From Eledone cirrhosa (lineage: Eukaryota), in the NCBI GenBank assembly GCA_964016885.1, contig OZ024750.1, forward strand, positions 26,412,001 to 26,476,000: a stretch of 64,000 bases of DNA, in the 5' to 3' direction. The notes below the pieces were generated by a model that made no database searches, had not been told where the DNA came from, and saw only the letters and a program-made list of their open reading frames with translations. The translations under genes were made by a program, and so were the position numbers. Positions within the stretch are counted from its first letter, which is position 1, and every line of letters begins with the position of its first letter. Shown here one piece after another: positions 11,984-25,246 of this stretch.

Positions 11984-14900
11984 CAGTTGTAGAAGAAACC
12001 GAAATTATAAATCGCATTTTTTCCTGGAGTTGCGAACTTAATAATCATTTATTTAATTGTTATAAAATGGCAAAAAAACAATCCCTTCATTGGCTATATG
12101 AACAGAATGAAGTTACACTGGTGCGAAATACACCCAGAGCTAAATTATTTCACAGCGAAACAATTACGCAAACAAGCGACGTTTGTTGAACGTAAAAATA
12201 AGAAAAAGATTATTAATTGTAAGTCCCCCACAACAAACACGTTATCAACAGCACGTGCTACAGGTCGCCATGCTACTAGACTTCCTAGCAGCCAGGTCGA
12301 ACAGCGCCTTGAAACAACTATGCCTTTAAGAAACTTGACACCACCTGTATCATCTAAGTCTACCTCGAATGCTGGGGAAAACACTATCGATAATAATAAT
12401 AATAATCGAAGAAATAATAATAATAATCGAAGAAATAATAATAATAATCGAAGAAATTTGACACCACGTGTACCACCCGAGTCTACCTCGACTGTTGTGG
12501 AAAATACTATCGATAATGTTAATAATCAAAAGTATAAACAATTGAAATTTTCCCTAAACGAAATCTTCCAGAGAGAAATTAATTCGTGTATAAATATCTC
12601 TCTTGCTGAACGTATTAAAACGACAATGTTTCATAAAAAAACAAATAATGAAATATTAAATGTTATTGACGAAATAGGGGATGAATATTTACGACGGATA
12701 AAAACGCCATATTTTGGCAAACCGACGCCTGTTTATATGCCTTAGCAACGACAGTGAAGCATTATCTTGGTGATAGTAGAGATATTAACAAGAACAGAAC
12801 ACCACCAAAAATACCATCATATATAACTAAAATAGAAAAAAAGATTGATGACCTACGAAAAAACATAGGATATGTGACAATGCTCCTTACATGGAAACAA
12901 ACACAAAAACACCTCACTCCTCACCAACAAAGAGTGAAAAATAAAATAGAGACGATGTTTGGTAACAGTAGAACCAGAACTCTCCAATATAAGCTGATCA
13001 CCATCAAACAAGAATTGAGAGCTGTTAGCGAAAAACGCCGATACCTGAAGAAGGTAGATGAGAGAAAAGTGCTTAATAAAAGATTCAGACGAAACCAAAC
13101 ATCAGTCTATAGAGATATGAAGGGCAAATTAATCAGTGTTACTGAGGCCCCATCCCAGAAAGACATAGATTCCTTTTGGAGCAAAATATGGGGTGAAAAG
13201 AAGAATTTCAACCAAGATGCAGTGTGGCTAAGAGAAATCCGAAAGAATTATTGCTCCTACACTACAACAAAAACATACGAAATAAGTGAGGGTACCCTTG
13301 AGACTGTGATAGGAAAACTCCAAGATAAGAAAACACCAGGAAGAGACACGATTGTCGGCGAATGGTACAAAAACTGATATTCTTTCGGAGGTATCTTATT
13401 GACCTCTACCAACATGTTCTTAATACTTATACTTATACTTATACCAGAATGGTTGACATTAGCACAAACATTACTGGTCCCCAAGAACAAAGACACCCAC
13501 TTAGCAAAAAACTAACGACCCATTGCATGCCAGAACCTGATATATAAGATGTATACAGCCTACCTGAACCTATTCCTCCAAGATCACTGTGAAAATAATA
13601 ACATCATCACAGATGAACAAGTAGCTGGAAAGAAAGGGGTTTGGGGATGTGCTGAACTACTCCTACTCAACAAAACTAAGATGTCGGAGGTGCGACAACT
13701 TAGGAGGAATATGGCTACAGTCTGGCTGTACTACAGGAAAGCTTTCGATTCTGTTCCCCACTCTTGGATGATAGAGGCCCTCCAACTTGCTAAAGTCCCA
13801 GACATTATTGTCAGAGCCATAGAGAGGATGTCTTCTTCTTGGGCTACTATCCTAAGGTTAAAGACAGAGAGGGAGGATTCTATTTTCACTGATAAAATAA
13901 AATATTGGAGGGGTATATTTCAGGGGGACAATCTCTCTGTGATATTATTCATCTTGTCATTAAACCCCTTGTCCTTTCTGCTCAAGAAATGTGAGGGTTA
14001 CATCATTGGCTCACAGGAGGACAGAAATACGAACCTAACCCATAATTTCTTTGTGGACGATCTGAAACTCTATGACAAGAACATGGATGGGATTAAGAAA
14101 AATCTTGACCTGGTTACAACGTTCTCAAAGGATATAGGAATGGAGTTTGGCCAAGATAAATGCTCATACATGACTGTAAAGCGGGGTAAAACAACAACCC
14201 AATCTAGCAACATTGTCATCAATGGCCTAACTGTTTCACCGATATGTGATGAGGACTGCTACAGATATCTGGGGATAGATGAGAACATATACTATAATGG
14301 TATCTGTAATAACGAACGCGTAACCAGGGAATACTACACCCGATTAAGAAAGATCTGGTCATCGGAACTCTCTGCGCAAAACAAAACAGTGGCTCACAAT
14401 ATGTTTGCTGTTCCTGTCCTAACACCAACGTTTGGAATACTCAATTAGACGATAGACGAAATCCGAGTAGTTGATGTTGGAACTCGAAAGACACTAAACA
14501 ACACCGGAAACTTCCTCATCAGCAGTGACATAGACCGCCTTTACTTGAAAGGTAAGCAGGGAAGAAGTGGCCTAACATCAATCCAGACAATATTTGAATG
14601 TCGCATCATATCTCGCCAACATCTACGAACTTCGAAGCGTAGGAGCCCGTTTCTCGAGAAAATCTATCTACATGAAACAGATAAGATCTCTAGAGTTGGG
14701 AAGGAACTCCTCGAGAGATATTCCCTGTGTGATAATCAAAATCTCACACCCAGGGAAGTCGCTCAGCAGTATGGCAGTGAATCCATGGATGAAAAACTAC
14801 ATACTTATCAGCAAAAATTCATGCATGGATATGTTGACAGGAAGCTCCAGAGTGAGAGTAATATAGATAAGAAAAGTAGTCCATCTTGGACCAACAACTG

Positions 14901-15336
14901 CTATATTGGCTCCTACTTTGAAGGATACGCTTTTGCAATCCGAGAACAGGAGATTAACACGAACTACCTGATTCACAAAAGAGGTAGGGATGCAGGCAAA
15001 ACACCTAGATGTGATAACAAGTGCAGACTCTGCAGAACTAATATCGAGGATATCACCCATGTCATGAGCAACTGTCCAAAGATGTCATCGCGGTACTATC
15101 TACCTATGAGGCATGATGTCGTGGCCAAAACACTGTACAATGCAGTTCGTAAAAAGGATAGCCCCGATAATAAACACATTAAAAGCTACAGCAATGTGGA
15201 AGATATCCATGTACATAATATGAAAGAGTACTAGTAAAAACCCCAATAAATTGCAGGCATAACAGACCAGATATTATGATATGGGACAGGGAGAAGAAAG
15301 CATGCACAGTAGTGGAAATTAGCTGCCCAGCAGATG
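11984..15336 (+). mobile_element. Degenerate R4/Dong-like (RLE-type) non-LTR retrotransposon, 3'-truncated
   Basis: N-term W..N.L..CY..A/GY.NRM..W..HP; RT motifs KAFDSVPH, GIFQGD.LS, FVDDLKLY; CCHC knuckle CRLC..EDITHVMSNC, RHD; RPDI..EISCP endonuclease start; multiple stops and frameshifts. Confidence 0.9.
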
Positions 15337-15339
15337 CTG

Positions 15340-17876
15340 ATAGATTATGCCCTCTCTTACTCGATTGAGAGTGCCCTGGACTCCAATGAAGCCAGCGACT
15401 GAGAGCGCCTCTTCTATTTTGCTCCACTAACCATCGGCCTCCCTAGCCCTGGGGCTGACTGAGGCGGCCTGCCGACAGCAGCCTGTGTCTAGGCCAATGT
15501 TTCGTCCTTTGGGCAAGCACCCATTCCAAGCGTGTCGAAGGATCCGCACTACCTGCTCTCGGGTGTCTCCAATCCTCCACCCATGAGGCCAGCATCAAGC
15601 GTTTTCGATACCGCGTAAATACTAAACTAATCATGGGTGATGTCTCGATCGCAGTCAGAGTGGTTGCTTCAGAGGACACTGTCCTGCAATCCACCGAGGA
15701 TGTCCTGGCTGACCTGCGACTCAAGCTCCCTGAGCCACCTGTTAACCTACCCCCCACTAGAGCCCCAGCTGCTAGCAGCAGCGGAGGTGTTGATGGTCTC
15801 CGAACTGGTCACCTCAAGGAGTTGCTAACCCCTCTCTCCGCTGAGGCCGGCGGCTGCCTTCTGTGTGCAATTGTGTCAACAATAGGCGCCCTGGAGCCTC
15901 ACGCTCGAGGTTTCTTTTTTTCGGCTTGCCTGACGCTCTCTGGAAGAAAGAGGGTTACATACGCCCCATCGCTGTGGGTATTTTCTGTCGGAGGCTGGCT
16001 GCTAAGGTGGTCTCCAGGTCCATAACACCTGAACTGGATGAGGCATTCAGTCCGGTGCATCAGGGTGTCGCCGTGTTCGTGGATGTGAGGGGGCGCACAT
16101 GCAACCAAGCAGTCTTCTACCGGAACCGGCATCCAGGGACTCCAGACACCTCATTGTCAAGCTTGACATGAGGGACCATCTACTTGATGCCTGTCTCAGC
16201 CGAACCCTCTCCGGCTACCCGCTGGCCTACCTGTCATATGGAGCCCCGAGCATGCTCCTTGCTGCCGATACGGTTACCTTCGACCACTGGGGGCCTACAG
16301 GGTGACCCTTTGATCCCCCTCCTGTTTGCGCTTGGTATAAACCACATTGCCCGTAGTATCACGGCCCCTCTCAACGTTTGGTACCTGGATGATGCTACCC
16401 TCGAAGAGCCCGCAGAGACTGTCTGCCACGACCTTCAATCGGCCTCCAGGTCAACTCGTCCAAGTCGGATGTGGTGACTTTCAGCCATGATGCTGAGAGC
16501 TTTGCAGCCTCCGTCTCGGACGTGCAGTCTATACTCCACCAGGTTGATGTGACAACAAAAAGAGGTTGTCCTCATCCTCGGGTCACCGATCCACCCGCCT
16601 ACCATCCGCTCCACCATCAGATCCAGGCTCCAACAACTCTAGACATTCACGAGCCGATTGTGCTTGATCGACGGCCACCCAGCTCACTGTTGAGGAACTG
16701 CTTCGCCATGCAGAAGCTTCTCTACACCCTTCGCAGCGCTCGGTGCTACAGCCACGCATCTCTCCTCGCTGATCTCGATACTTGTATCCGAGCGGCAGCC
16801 GAGGAGATATACAACGTCAGGTTTGACGACATTGGATGGCAACAGGCCACTTTACTTGTCAGATATGGTGGCCTTAGCCTCCGGTCCCCGATCTCGCTGG
16901 TTTTGCCGGAGGTTCTTTATTCGGTAACCCCAAGCTGCGCCCTCTTCAGCAGGGTTCTCCAAAACAATGAATCCCTATATGATCAAGGAACGTGACGCCG
17001 CCTGTGAGACGTGGGACCGGCTGGGACTTAGCCCAGTAGACGGCCGTCCTCCTTCTCCCCCTTCTGTAGTAATGCCCCCCAAAATCATTTGGGATGCCAT
17101 CAAGTGCAGCCTGGCCTCAGGTAGGCTCATGCGCCAGCTCGACCAGTACAACCTTGCCTGTTTTCGCGCGGCCTCCAAAACCCACAGTGGTGCCTGGCTC
17201 CATACCTGGTTCTCCTTTCACCACAGGCACGCATCTGGATAACGATAACCTGCGAATCGGCGTTTGCTTAAGCTTGGCCTCCGGGTCTGCGAGCCACAAA
17301 AATGTCGCTGTGGATCCATCATGGACTCTTTCGGCCTATACCCGCTTTCCTGTCACTACAGTGCCAGCCGCTTTCCATGCGATGCTGCCCTCAACGAACT
17401 CATAAAGACTGGTTTGTACGCTGCAGACTTCCCTTCCCAACTCGAGCCGGTGGGGCTGGACCGAGGGGACGTCAAAAGGCCAGACGGTATGACCATCTTC
17501 CCGTTCCGCGGAGGCAAAACCCTCGTCTGGGCTGCCAGGTACTGCTGCCCGTCGCTCTGAGGAGGCCAAACTCACCATGTACCAGTCGCCCTCCAACAAA
17601 GGCAACTTCTGGTGTCCTTGGCCCTAGGGCTACCTCTCTATTCACCACCATAGGCGGTGTGTGCCCCGCGAGTTGGAATGGTTCTTCCAGCACATCTCCG
17701 TTACCATCCTCCAGGGAAACGCCTTCTCCATTTTGTCCGTCGGGTCTGTGGGGGGCCAGCACTTGGGACCTCATTTGCTCACCGTACGGATTAAGACATA
17801 TAACCTCTCTTTTTCTTTTATTTACTCTTTTACAATTAAAAGGTTAGTCTTACATAATACTGAAGTAAAAAAAAAA
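15340..17876 (+). mobile_element. Degenerate CRE-clade non-LTR retrotransposon
   Basis: GGVDGLR..HLK, KK.G.IRPIAVG...RRL..K, QGDPL.PLLFAL, WYLDD, WQQATL..R.GGL, SGAWL, CRCG, EP.GL.R.D.KRPDG.T..P..GK.L.W; ends in A10. Confidence 0.88.
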
Positions 17877-18063
17877 CGGAAGCAAATTATATAGTGAAAT
17901 AGAACATGAGTAATCTACTGATGTTTAGCACAAAGAGTGCACACGTCGTCTCGAGACACTGAACGCTAACGATAATTCCGTTAGCATCGTCGTGAAGAAC
18001 GCCACTCAGACAAAATTTTCGGAGTTTTCCTCACTTTCGATTCATAATTTAACCCGGCTTGCA

Positions 18064-18127
18064 ATGTCCTCCCTTTCTATTGCTGGATTTATTATATTAT
18101 TAACATGGCAGAACACTTTAGCAGATG
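18064..18127 (+). CDS. Signal-peptide exon (first coding exon) of multi-EGF protein gene
   Basis: GCAATG start, MSSLSIAGFIILLTWQNTLA-D, then phase-1 donor G|GTAAGA compatible with the downstream phase-1 EGF exons. Confidence 0.7.
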
Positions 18128-18253
18128 GTAAGATAATAACTGATTTGTTATTCTATTCACTTATTGAATACTTTGATTTCTTGTCTGTCCTCAAATATTT
18201 TTCTCATTTTCATTAATACTCTCATGCTGTCACCTGATCCTCCAACCTAATAG

Positions 18254-18481
18254 TATTGTTATACTTTGGGAGGGTCATGTTGCCAATAAGAAACACACGC
18301 ACCAGTGCTTTCACTTCATTTTATTATAAATTAAATTTATAAATTTAAGAATTTATAAATTTCGGTTGGTTGGTTGGTTCTACAACCGGACGGTTGTTCA
18401 TATATTGTCAAAGTTCCTTCGTCACACATTCTGTGACCTCATCAGTGACTGGGGATTCTTTTCTTTGTTTTGTGCCTCTCC
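18254..18481 (-). mobile_element. Penelope-like pLTR fragment (same family as the 27-32 kb element) with mutated HHR at 18406-18450
   Basis: Closely matches 31220-31451; HHR reads CTGATGA..GTCACA/TGTGAC..GAAG (GAAA mutated). Confidence 0.9.
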
Positions 18482-19469
18482 TATATATATATATGTCTCT
18501 TACTCCACTATATATATATCTTTGTGTTTGTGTGTGTGTGTGTGTATGTGTGAGTGTGTGTGCGTGTGTGTGCGTGCGTGTATACACATGTGTATATGTC
18601 ATCATTATCATCATTATTTCACGTCCGCATCTGTAAGCAAGTTTTGCGTGAGTTACATAGAACAAATTAGTACTGAAGCGTGTCTTCTGACCAATCAGTC
18701 AGGCCAAGGTCACATCGAGTTGTTTTTGACACAAACTGAAGGGTCCAACTCACCCATTGTTTAGTAAGCTTTCTACGGCCGTATCCCTTTCTTACTACCA
18801 ACTGCTTTGCAGCCTGTACTGATTGATTTTATTGTGTAGATCAGCAGGGCTAAGGAGGTTGTGTTTTTAAACAACTAAAGGTTTATCTCAATTCTTTTAT
18901 GTATGGGATCTACAGCGGGTGAACTTCCACTCACCAACCACTCTGGAGAGGTTGACTATAAATCAAACTGCAGAACCCTTCAAATCTGGAGAAGGGACAA
19001 TAAGGGAGGGAGATAAGTATGAAGTTATAGGTATGTGTGGAGGTTTGTTTGGCAAGACAATGAGTAAGGGGTAGCAGTTACTGATTAGTGTTTGGGGTGT
19101 ATTGGTGTGAGGGATGTGGTCAACATGGTGGAAGGTGTGGCGTGATGGAGAGATAGGAAGCGGGTTTAGGGATGAGTAAGAGTTAGGGATAGCTGATTAG
19201 TGTACGGGGAGTGGGGCATGTAGTGAAGGATGTGGTCGATAGAGATTGGGGTTGTGTTAGAGAGATGGGTAAGGGATAGTGAGGGATAAGGTTTGCTAAT
19301 AGTGGTGGAGTGAACAATGGGGAGAGAAAGCAGCTACTATTGGCAAATGGTGAGGATATCTAAGGTGTCTAGTGTTTGAGTGGTTCTCGAGTGTATATGT
19401 GTAGTGGATGCCGCATTGGGGAGTACAGATGGGGAAAGTAATCATAGGAGGGAGGGTGTACTTCATGGA

Positions 19470-19860
19470 TGGGTCAGGTCATATTTTATGATTCTGGTCG
19501 GGTCTTCATTAACACAGCATAACGCCAGCCACATTTGCCACATCTCTCGTGAGTCCATCGATTTCACTCTGTGCACCTTATAGAACTCCTGCCCAGCCTT
19601 TTCTGGCATATCGAACACAGCCATCTCCCTGATTGTATCCCCTTCTTGTCCACTTTCGTGCTTAGCCCTTTTGCCTCTAATGCGATTAGTTTTAGGCTTT
19701 TCAACTCTAAATCCTTGCATGTTTGAAGTTTTGTCCTTTACCATCCTAGGGATTCAGTTAAGGTACTCAGTACAGTTTTGAAATACTCAGTGAAGAACAG
19801 TGAAGGACAGTGATGAATAGGAGTGGACTAAGGACTGAGCCCTGGTGGACATCGAACTGC
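19470..19860 (-). mobile_element. RTE-clade LINE RT fragments
   Basis: Minus strand encodes VHQGSVLSPLLFITVL and G.RV...KT motifs. Confidence 0.65.
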
Positions 19861-20641
19861 ACTTCATCACTCTACTGGCATCCAGCTTTTTTATACATGG
19901 CCCATCTACATGAAAGGTTCTCAACCCATTTCGGCCACAACGCCCTCTTTGCCACTCGAAATCACGAAACGACCCCTACCCTATTTTTCCATTTTTCAAT
20001 ATACTACTGACTTTGATATCAGTAGATTACTGGGCCAAATCAAGTTATGTTAGAACCTTTAAAATATACTCGTACGAATTAAATACAAAAAGTTTCAGTC
20101 CAAAACAAAAGCAAACTATTTCAAATTATATATTTTAGAAAAACAGACGTGAATGTTCTCAAAGATTTGATCTCAGTCGAAAAAACTTTTTTTTTTTAAT
20201 TCTATATTTTACTGTGAGCTGTTATAATATTTTGAGTGGATAGACAATTCCACAATTCAAACCGTAAAGTCAAAATACAAAAGATGCAAATTATGAAGAA
20301 TTTCTTACCTTTCTCTGAAATCACAAACTCAGGGGGAAAATAGACCTTGCAAAATAAAATACCTCGTATGAAAATAAAATACTTAGTAGCAACGAATGAA
20401 TTGAGAAGCTTGGTGACAGTGAGAAAGAAATATCTGTATTCCCTATATATATATACATAGATAGATACACACACACCCATATAAACGCGCGCGCACACAC
20501 TCACACAGACACACACATATATACATACACATACACAAATTTCTGTGTGTGTGTGCCTTGGTTTTGGTACAGAAAGAATTTTGTTTCCAGTTTTTATTGC
20601 CAGGTCAAACGCCACTGCTCTTTTCAACGACGCCAAATAAC

Positions 20642-20701
<60 letters not shown>

Positions 20702-20842
20702 GACGTAAAATAAGAAAATTATAAAAATTATAAAAATTGTTCTGCATCCCCTTACATTGAACCACAAAGTTACTAAGACAAAACCTAATATTTGCTAGCA
20801 TAGGTATGCATCTGTATATATATGTTGGTAGATATACTAATT

Positions 20843-20909
<67 letters not shown>

Positions 20910-20970
20910 GAGAGAAAGAGGAAGGGACAGAGAGAGTAAGAAATGTGTGTGTGTCTGTGTTTCGTACACG

Positions 20971-21644
20971 TCTATCTATCTATCTATCTAGAATTTACTG
21001 AAAGGTAGGTGAATGAAGTGAAAATGGCCCGAGTGATTGGGCCTTCTCTGTTTATAAGCCTGTAGGTTAAAGAAGAGAGCAAAAGGAAGAAAGGAGCACT
21101 TGCACAACACGCTCCTGGAGTAGAGGGTTGTTCTATCGACGGGGTATTAAACAACCCATTTGTGGCGCCTCCCCCCTATTGGGGATTTCGATTGTTGAAA
21201 TTGTTTGTTTTTATATTTTTTACACGACTGTATGTAAAATCCCCGGCATGTCTTTGTATTGTGCCCTTTTCTTGTTGCGCCCTTGTGGCTAATAAAGAAA
21301 TCTATCTATCTATCTAGAATTTACTGAAAGGTGGGTGAATGAAGTGAAAATGGCCCGAGTGATTGGGCCTTCTCTGTTTATAAGCCTGTAGGTTAAAGAA
21401 GAGAGCAAAAGGAAGAAAGGAGCACTTGCACAACACGCTCCTGGAGTAGAGATTTGTTCTATCGACGGGGTATTAAACAACCCATTTGTGGCGCCTCCCC
21501 CCTATTGGGGATTTCGATTGTTGTAATTATTTAATTTATATTTTTTACACGACTGTATGTAAAATCCCCCGGTATGTCTTTGTATTGTCCCCTTTTCTTG
21601 TGCGCCCTTGTGGCAAATATAGAAATCTATCTATCTATCTATCT
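20971..21644 (+). mobile_element. Two tandem ~325-bp 3' ends of Tx1/L1-like LINE separated and flanked by (ATCT)n
   Basis: 20990-21315 and 21316-21644 are near-identical, share the same 5' start (AGAATTTACTGAAAGG) and are homologous to 935-1286. Confidence 0.85.
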
Positions 21645-22615
21645 AACCCCTAGAAGTGAATTAGCGTACACATTTAGAAGGGCCCTAGATAAACATAAAC
21701 TCAATATTAAGATAGTAGAATAACCAGGTACCTCCATAAAAACACTTATTAGCAAGACATACCCTTTTCAAAGACCTCCCTGTATAGATAAGAAATGTAT
21801 AACCTGTAAATTAAGCCCCCATATTAACTGTAAAACTAGAAATGTAGTATATAGCATAAGATGTACTGAAGGACAATGTAGAGACAAAAATATAGTGTAT
21901 ATAGGTGAGACAGCTCGTAGTGTAGAGGAACGGATAAATGAACTCTGGCGAGACCTTCAAGATAGTAAAGAATCATCTGTACTCTACCAACATGCTAAAA
22001 TAGAACATAAGGGTAAATTAGAGAACATAGATTTAAAATAGAATCTACACACAGAAAAGATGCAATGTTAAGACAAATCACAGAGGCAATAAACATAAAA
22101 GAATTACAACCAAAATTAAATAGAAAACATGAGTGGAACAGCAGCATCACAACTTACAATTAAGGACAACATGAAAACACACACGCACATAGAACAAACA
22201 ACCAACCTGTAACATGTAAATAAACAAATAAATAAACGAATATAAACACACACAGACACCCGGATGTGGCGCATGCGCAGACTGAGCACACAACACACTC
22301 ACAGAAACAAGATGGCGTAGGACAGAACAAAGGAGAGGCACAAAATCAAAGAAAAGAATCCCCAGTCACTGAAGAGGTCACAGAATGTGTGACGAAAGAA
22401 CTTTGACAATATATAAACAACTATCTGGTTGTGGAACAAACCAACCAACCGGAAATTTATAAATTTATAAATTTATAAATTTATTATAATTAATTGAAGT
22501 GAAAGCAACTGGTGCGTGTGTTTCTTATTGGTAACATGACCCTCCCAAAGTGTAACAATATCGGTTTCAACACACGTTTTCAGATAAAGAATCTTGCTAA
22601 ACAAATTCAGAAACG

Positions 22616-22620
<5 letters not shown>
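21645..22620 (+). mobile_element. 5'-truncated Penelope-like element: GIY-YIG remnant plus pLTR with HHR (22364-22408)
   Basis: Encodes C..KC..C linker, NVVYSIRC, YIGETARS; pLTR runs into (TA)n. Confidence 0.92.
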
Positions 22621-22657
<37 letters not shown>

Positions 22658-22702
22658 CTACATACATACATATATATCAATGTATGTAGATTTATATATA
22701 TA

Positions 22703-22796
22703 TAAACGCCCCCTTAACGTTCCCTAGCTCCAAAACGCTACCCTGGAGATCCGAAACACCCCAGGGGTACATATGCCCCCCCTTTGAGAACCTTTG
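22703..22796 (-). mobile_element. Short hAT/Charlie-like end fragment
   Basis: Ends GAGAACCTTTG; homologous to 2898-2990. Confidence 0.65.
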
Positions 22797-22809
22797 ATCT
22801 ACATCTAGC

Positions 22810-24515
22810 TTCCTAAGTGTCCACCATACTACGGAGAATGGGACCCTATTAAAGGGTTCTTCTCCCTGTCTACAAAATATAGATACAATGGCTTACACTT
22901 CGCTAAGTACCTCTCAATCAGTCGTCGCACTATAAAGGGGGAATCAATGGCACTCTTCTTCTTCTTCTTCTTCTTCTTCTTCTTGCTAAAATGGTAGTGG
23001 ATGGGGGAAGAGTCTTCAACCATTCCTTCCAGTGGGTTTGTCAGAAGCAACCGTCTCCAAATAATCCGGCTGGATCCCCAATCTAGACCAGATGTCCTCA
23101 TGGATGTTATTCAATCATCTTGCGCGGTCTCTGTCTCGGGGCTTCCTTCCGGTTGCGTTTACCCGTAAAATATTTCTAGTGATTTTCCCCGAGACATTCC
23201 AAACGCATAGATATAGTATCGTATCTGTAATCTCTCAATTCGGAGAAGTAGCGACTCTTCCTGGAGGGAGACCTAATCTTCAAGCAACGCACCCTACTGA
23301 GTAACGTTACTCAAAATACCCTTTGGAGGAACCCCAAGAACGATCATGTTCGTTTCGTCATTACCCAAGATTCATAACCATAATGAGTGTTGACACTAAT
23401 ACCGTACTGAAGATAAACAGTTTGGATTCTTCACCTACATCCCTTCTTCTAAATAACAACAGCTGAAGCTGGCGCATTACAGCACCAGCCCCTGCAATTC
23501 TTGCACTTAATTCAGCCCCATGCGTTCCATCACTTGTGAACATTGCCCCGATATACATACATTTCTCCACCTGTTTCAGTGGAACCCCATTCATATATAG
23601 ATTGCAAGGCACAATATTCCTTGAGACGACGAGTATCTCAGATTTCGCAGCATTGATTTACATTCCAGCCATGCATAACTCGATATCAAACCTACAGAGT
23701 GCAATTTGGTGATTACCTTCTGCCGAATTAAGGAATACCGAGTCGTCTGAAAATTCTAGCCGACTGATTTTACACTTGCCAGTCGTGATACAACTTCTAG
23801 CCCGACTGCCCATGTCAATCATTTTCATGTAAATAATGAACACGATAGCTGAAAGACGCATCCTTGGCAGAATCCGACTCCCATATTGAATGGTTTCCAT
23901 TTAGCACCATTTATCCAGTAGTAGTCCTGCCTAGCATAAATTCAAACGTCATCTTATCTACTTTGATTATCTCCCGAATTAATCATGCTATAACATTTTC
24001 AACAAATTTCATGATATGGTCCATCAAGTTGATACTTCTATACTTATTCTCTCTAGTGTATCTTCATTGTCCTTGTAGAAGTTGACAATAACTTTGATGC
24101 ACCAGTCATTGGATATGACACATTTCTGGTACTACTTGATTATCTATATGTCCGACTAACACATATCCTACAATGCCGGGTGCTATTAGCATCTCAACAA
24201 ATATACCAGATGGTCCAGTGGTCTTCTCTAGTTTCATGTCCCTAATTGCTTTATCTATCTCATTGCTGTCAACTTCTTAGCTGATCCCTTAGTCAGATCT
24301 ACATGTGGTAATCCCTTACTGTCTCTTCGTTCAGTAGTCTCTCGTAGTAAGTACTTCTTTTCGGCATAAGACAGGGTAGGTGTTCTACTATCATTTCGAC
24401 CATTTCACGATTTTCTCTAGCACACTCTCTTGCAATCCGATATACACCCTTCAACTGTTCTACGCGACGAAGAACATGAGCAACTGTTTTTATCCCTCTG
24501 CCCTTGCTAGGTATA
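22810..24515 (-). mobile_element. Nested RTE-clade LINE remnants: inner copy ~22955-23900 with (GAA)n tail inside an outer copy
   Basis: Outer: FEFM.GRTTT (~23.93 kb) continues as AI..FIVRRLIERY..LY..FVD.EK (~22.95 kb); inner: LS.IVFIIYM, FSDD, LKQVEK..YIG. Confidence 0.75.
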
Positions 24516-24544
24516 CCTAGTTAAACCTAATTAAGGAGATAATG

Positions 24545-24718
24545 GATGTAAGGGTGGGTAGGAAGACAGGACAAAATAAAGAGAGGAGTCAAGCTGTTCA
24601 GGCTAGAAAGAAGTGGCGCCGATAGAACACTCGATGTAACGGCCGTATAGCTCAGGGTTAGGTGCAGTATACTGGGAGAAAATTTGAGCTTCGTGGTAGC
24701 TGACGAACAAGTCGGCGT
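24545..24718 (-). mobile_element. Penelope-like RT fragment
   Basis: Minus strand reads ADLFVSYHEAQIFSQY..P.LYGRYIE, a decayed A.LF..E/RYIDD region. Confidence 0.55.
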
Positions 24719-24922
24719 ATTTTGTGCACATTCAATTTACCATGGCTATCCCAGTAATTTGTTGGTAATACTTTCCCCAAATGGTTGAGGTTGAGAACAA
24801 CTGAATCTTTTATCACCACTTTAATCTTATAATAATTGATATGGTATATAATTGATACCTCATTTATAACTGTAATTAATTAATGGTATCTTCAACATTG
24901 TCATGTATATTGATATTTTCAG

Positions 24923-25057
24923 AATGCCCAGCAGGAAATTATGGTGACTTTTGTGAATTCACATGCCATTGTTTCAAAAACAGTAAGTGTGACAAGGTAA
25001 CCGGAAGGTGTTCAGCTGGATGTGCTGCAGGTTATATCGGAAACAGCTGCAACACAG
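24923..25057 (+). CDS. EGF-like (8-Cys, MEGF10/SREC-type) exon, phase 1-1
   Basis: TTTCAG acceptor, GTATTT donor, 135 bp, CPAGNYGDFCEFTCHCFKNSKCDKVTGRCSAGCAAGYIGNSCNT. Confidence 0.92.
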
Positions 25058-25086
25058 GTATTTCCTAATGATGCTAAATATTTACA

Positions 25087-25232
<146 letters not shown>

Positions 25233-25246
25233 TAAGAAAATGCGAA

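Noticed and set aside
24641-24670. tRNA-like GGCCGTATAGCTCAGGG
   Set aside because: No B-box or cloverleaf; better explained as the reverse strand of a PLE RT fragment
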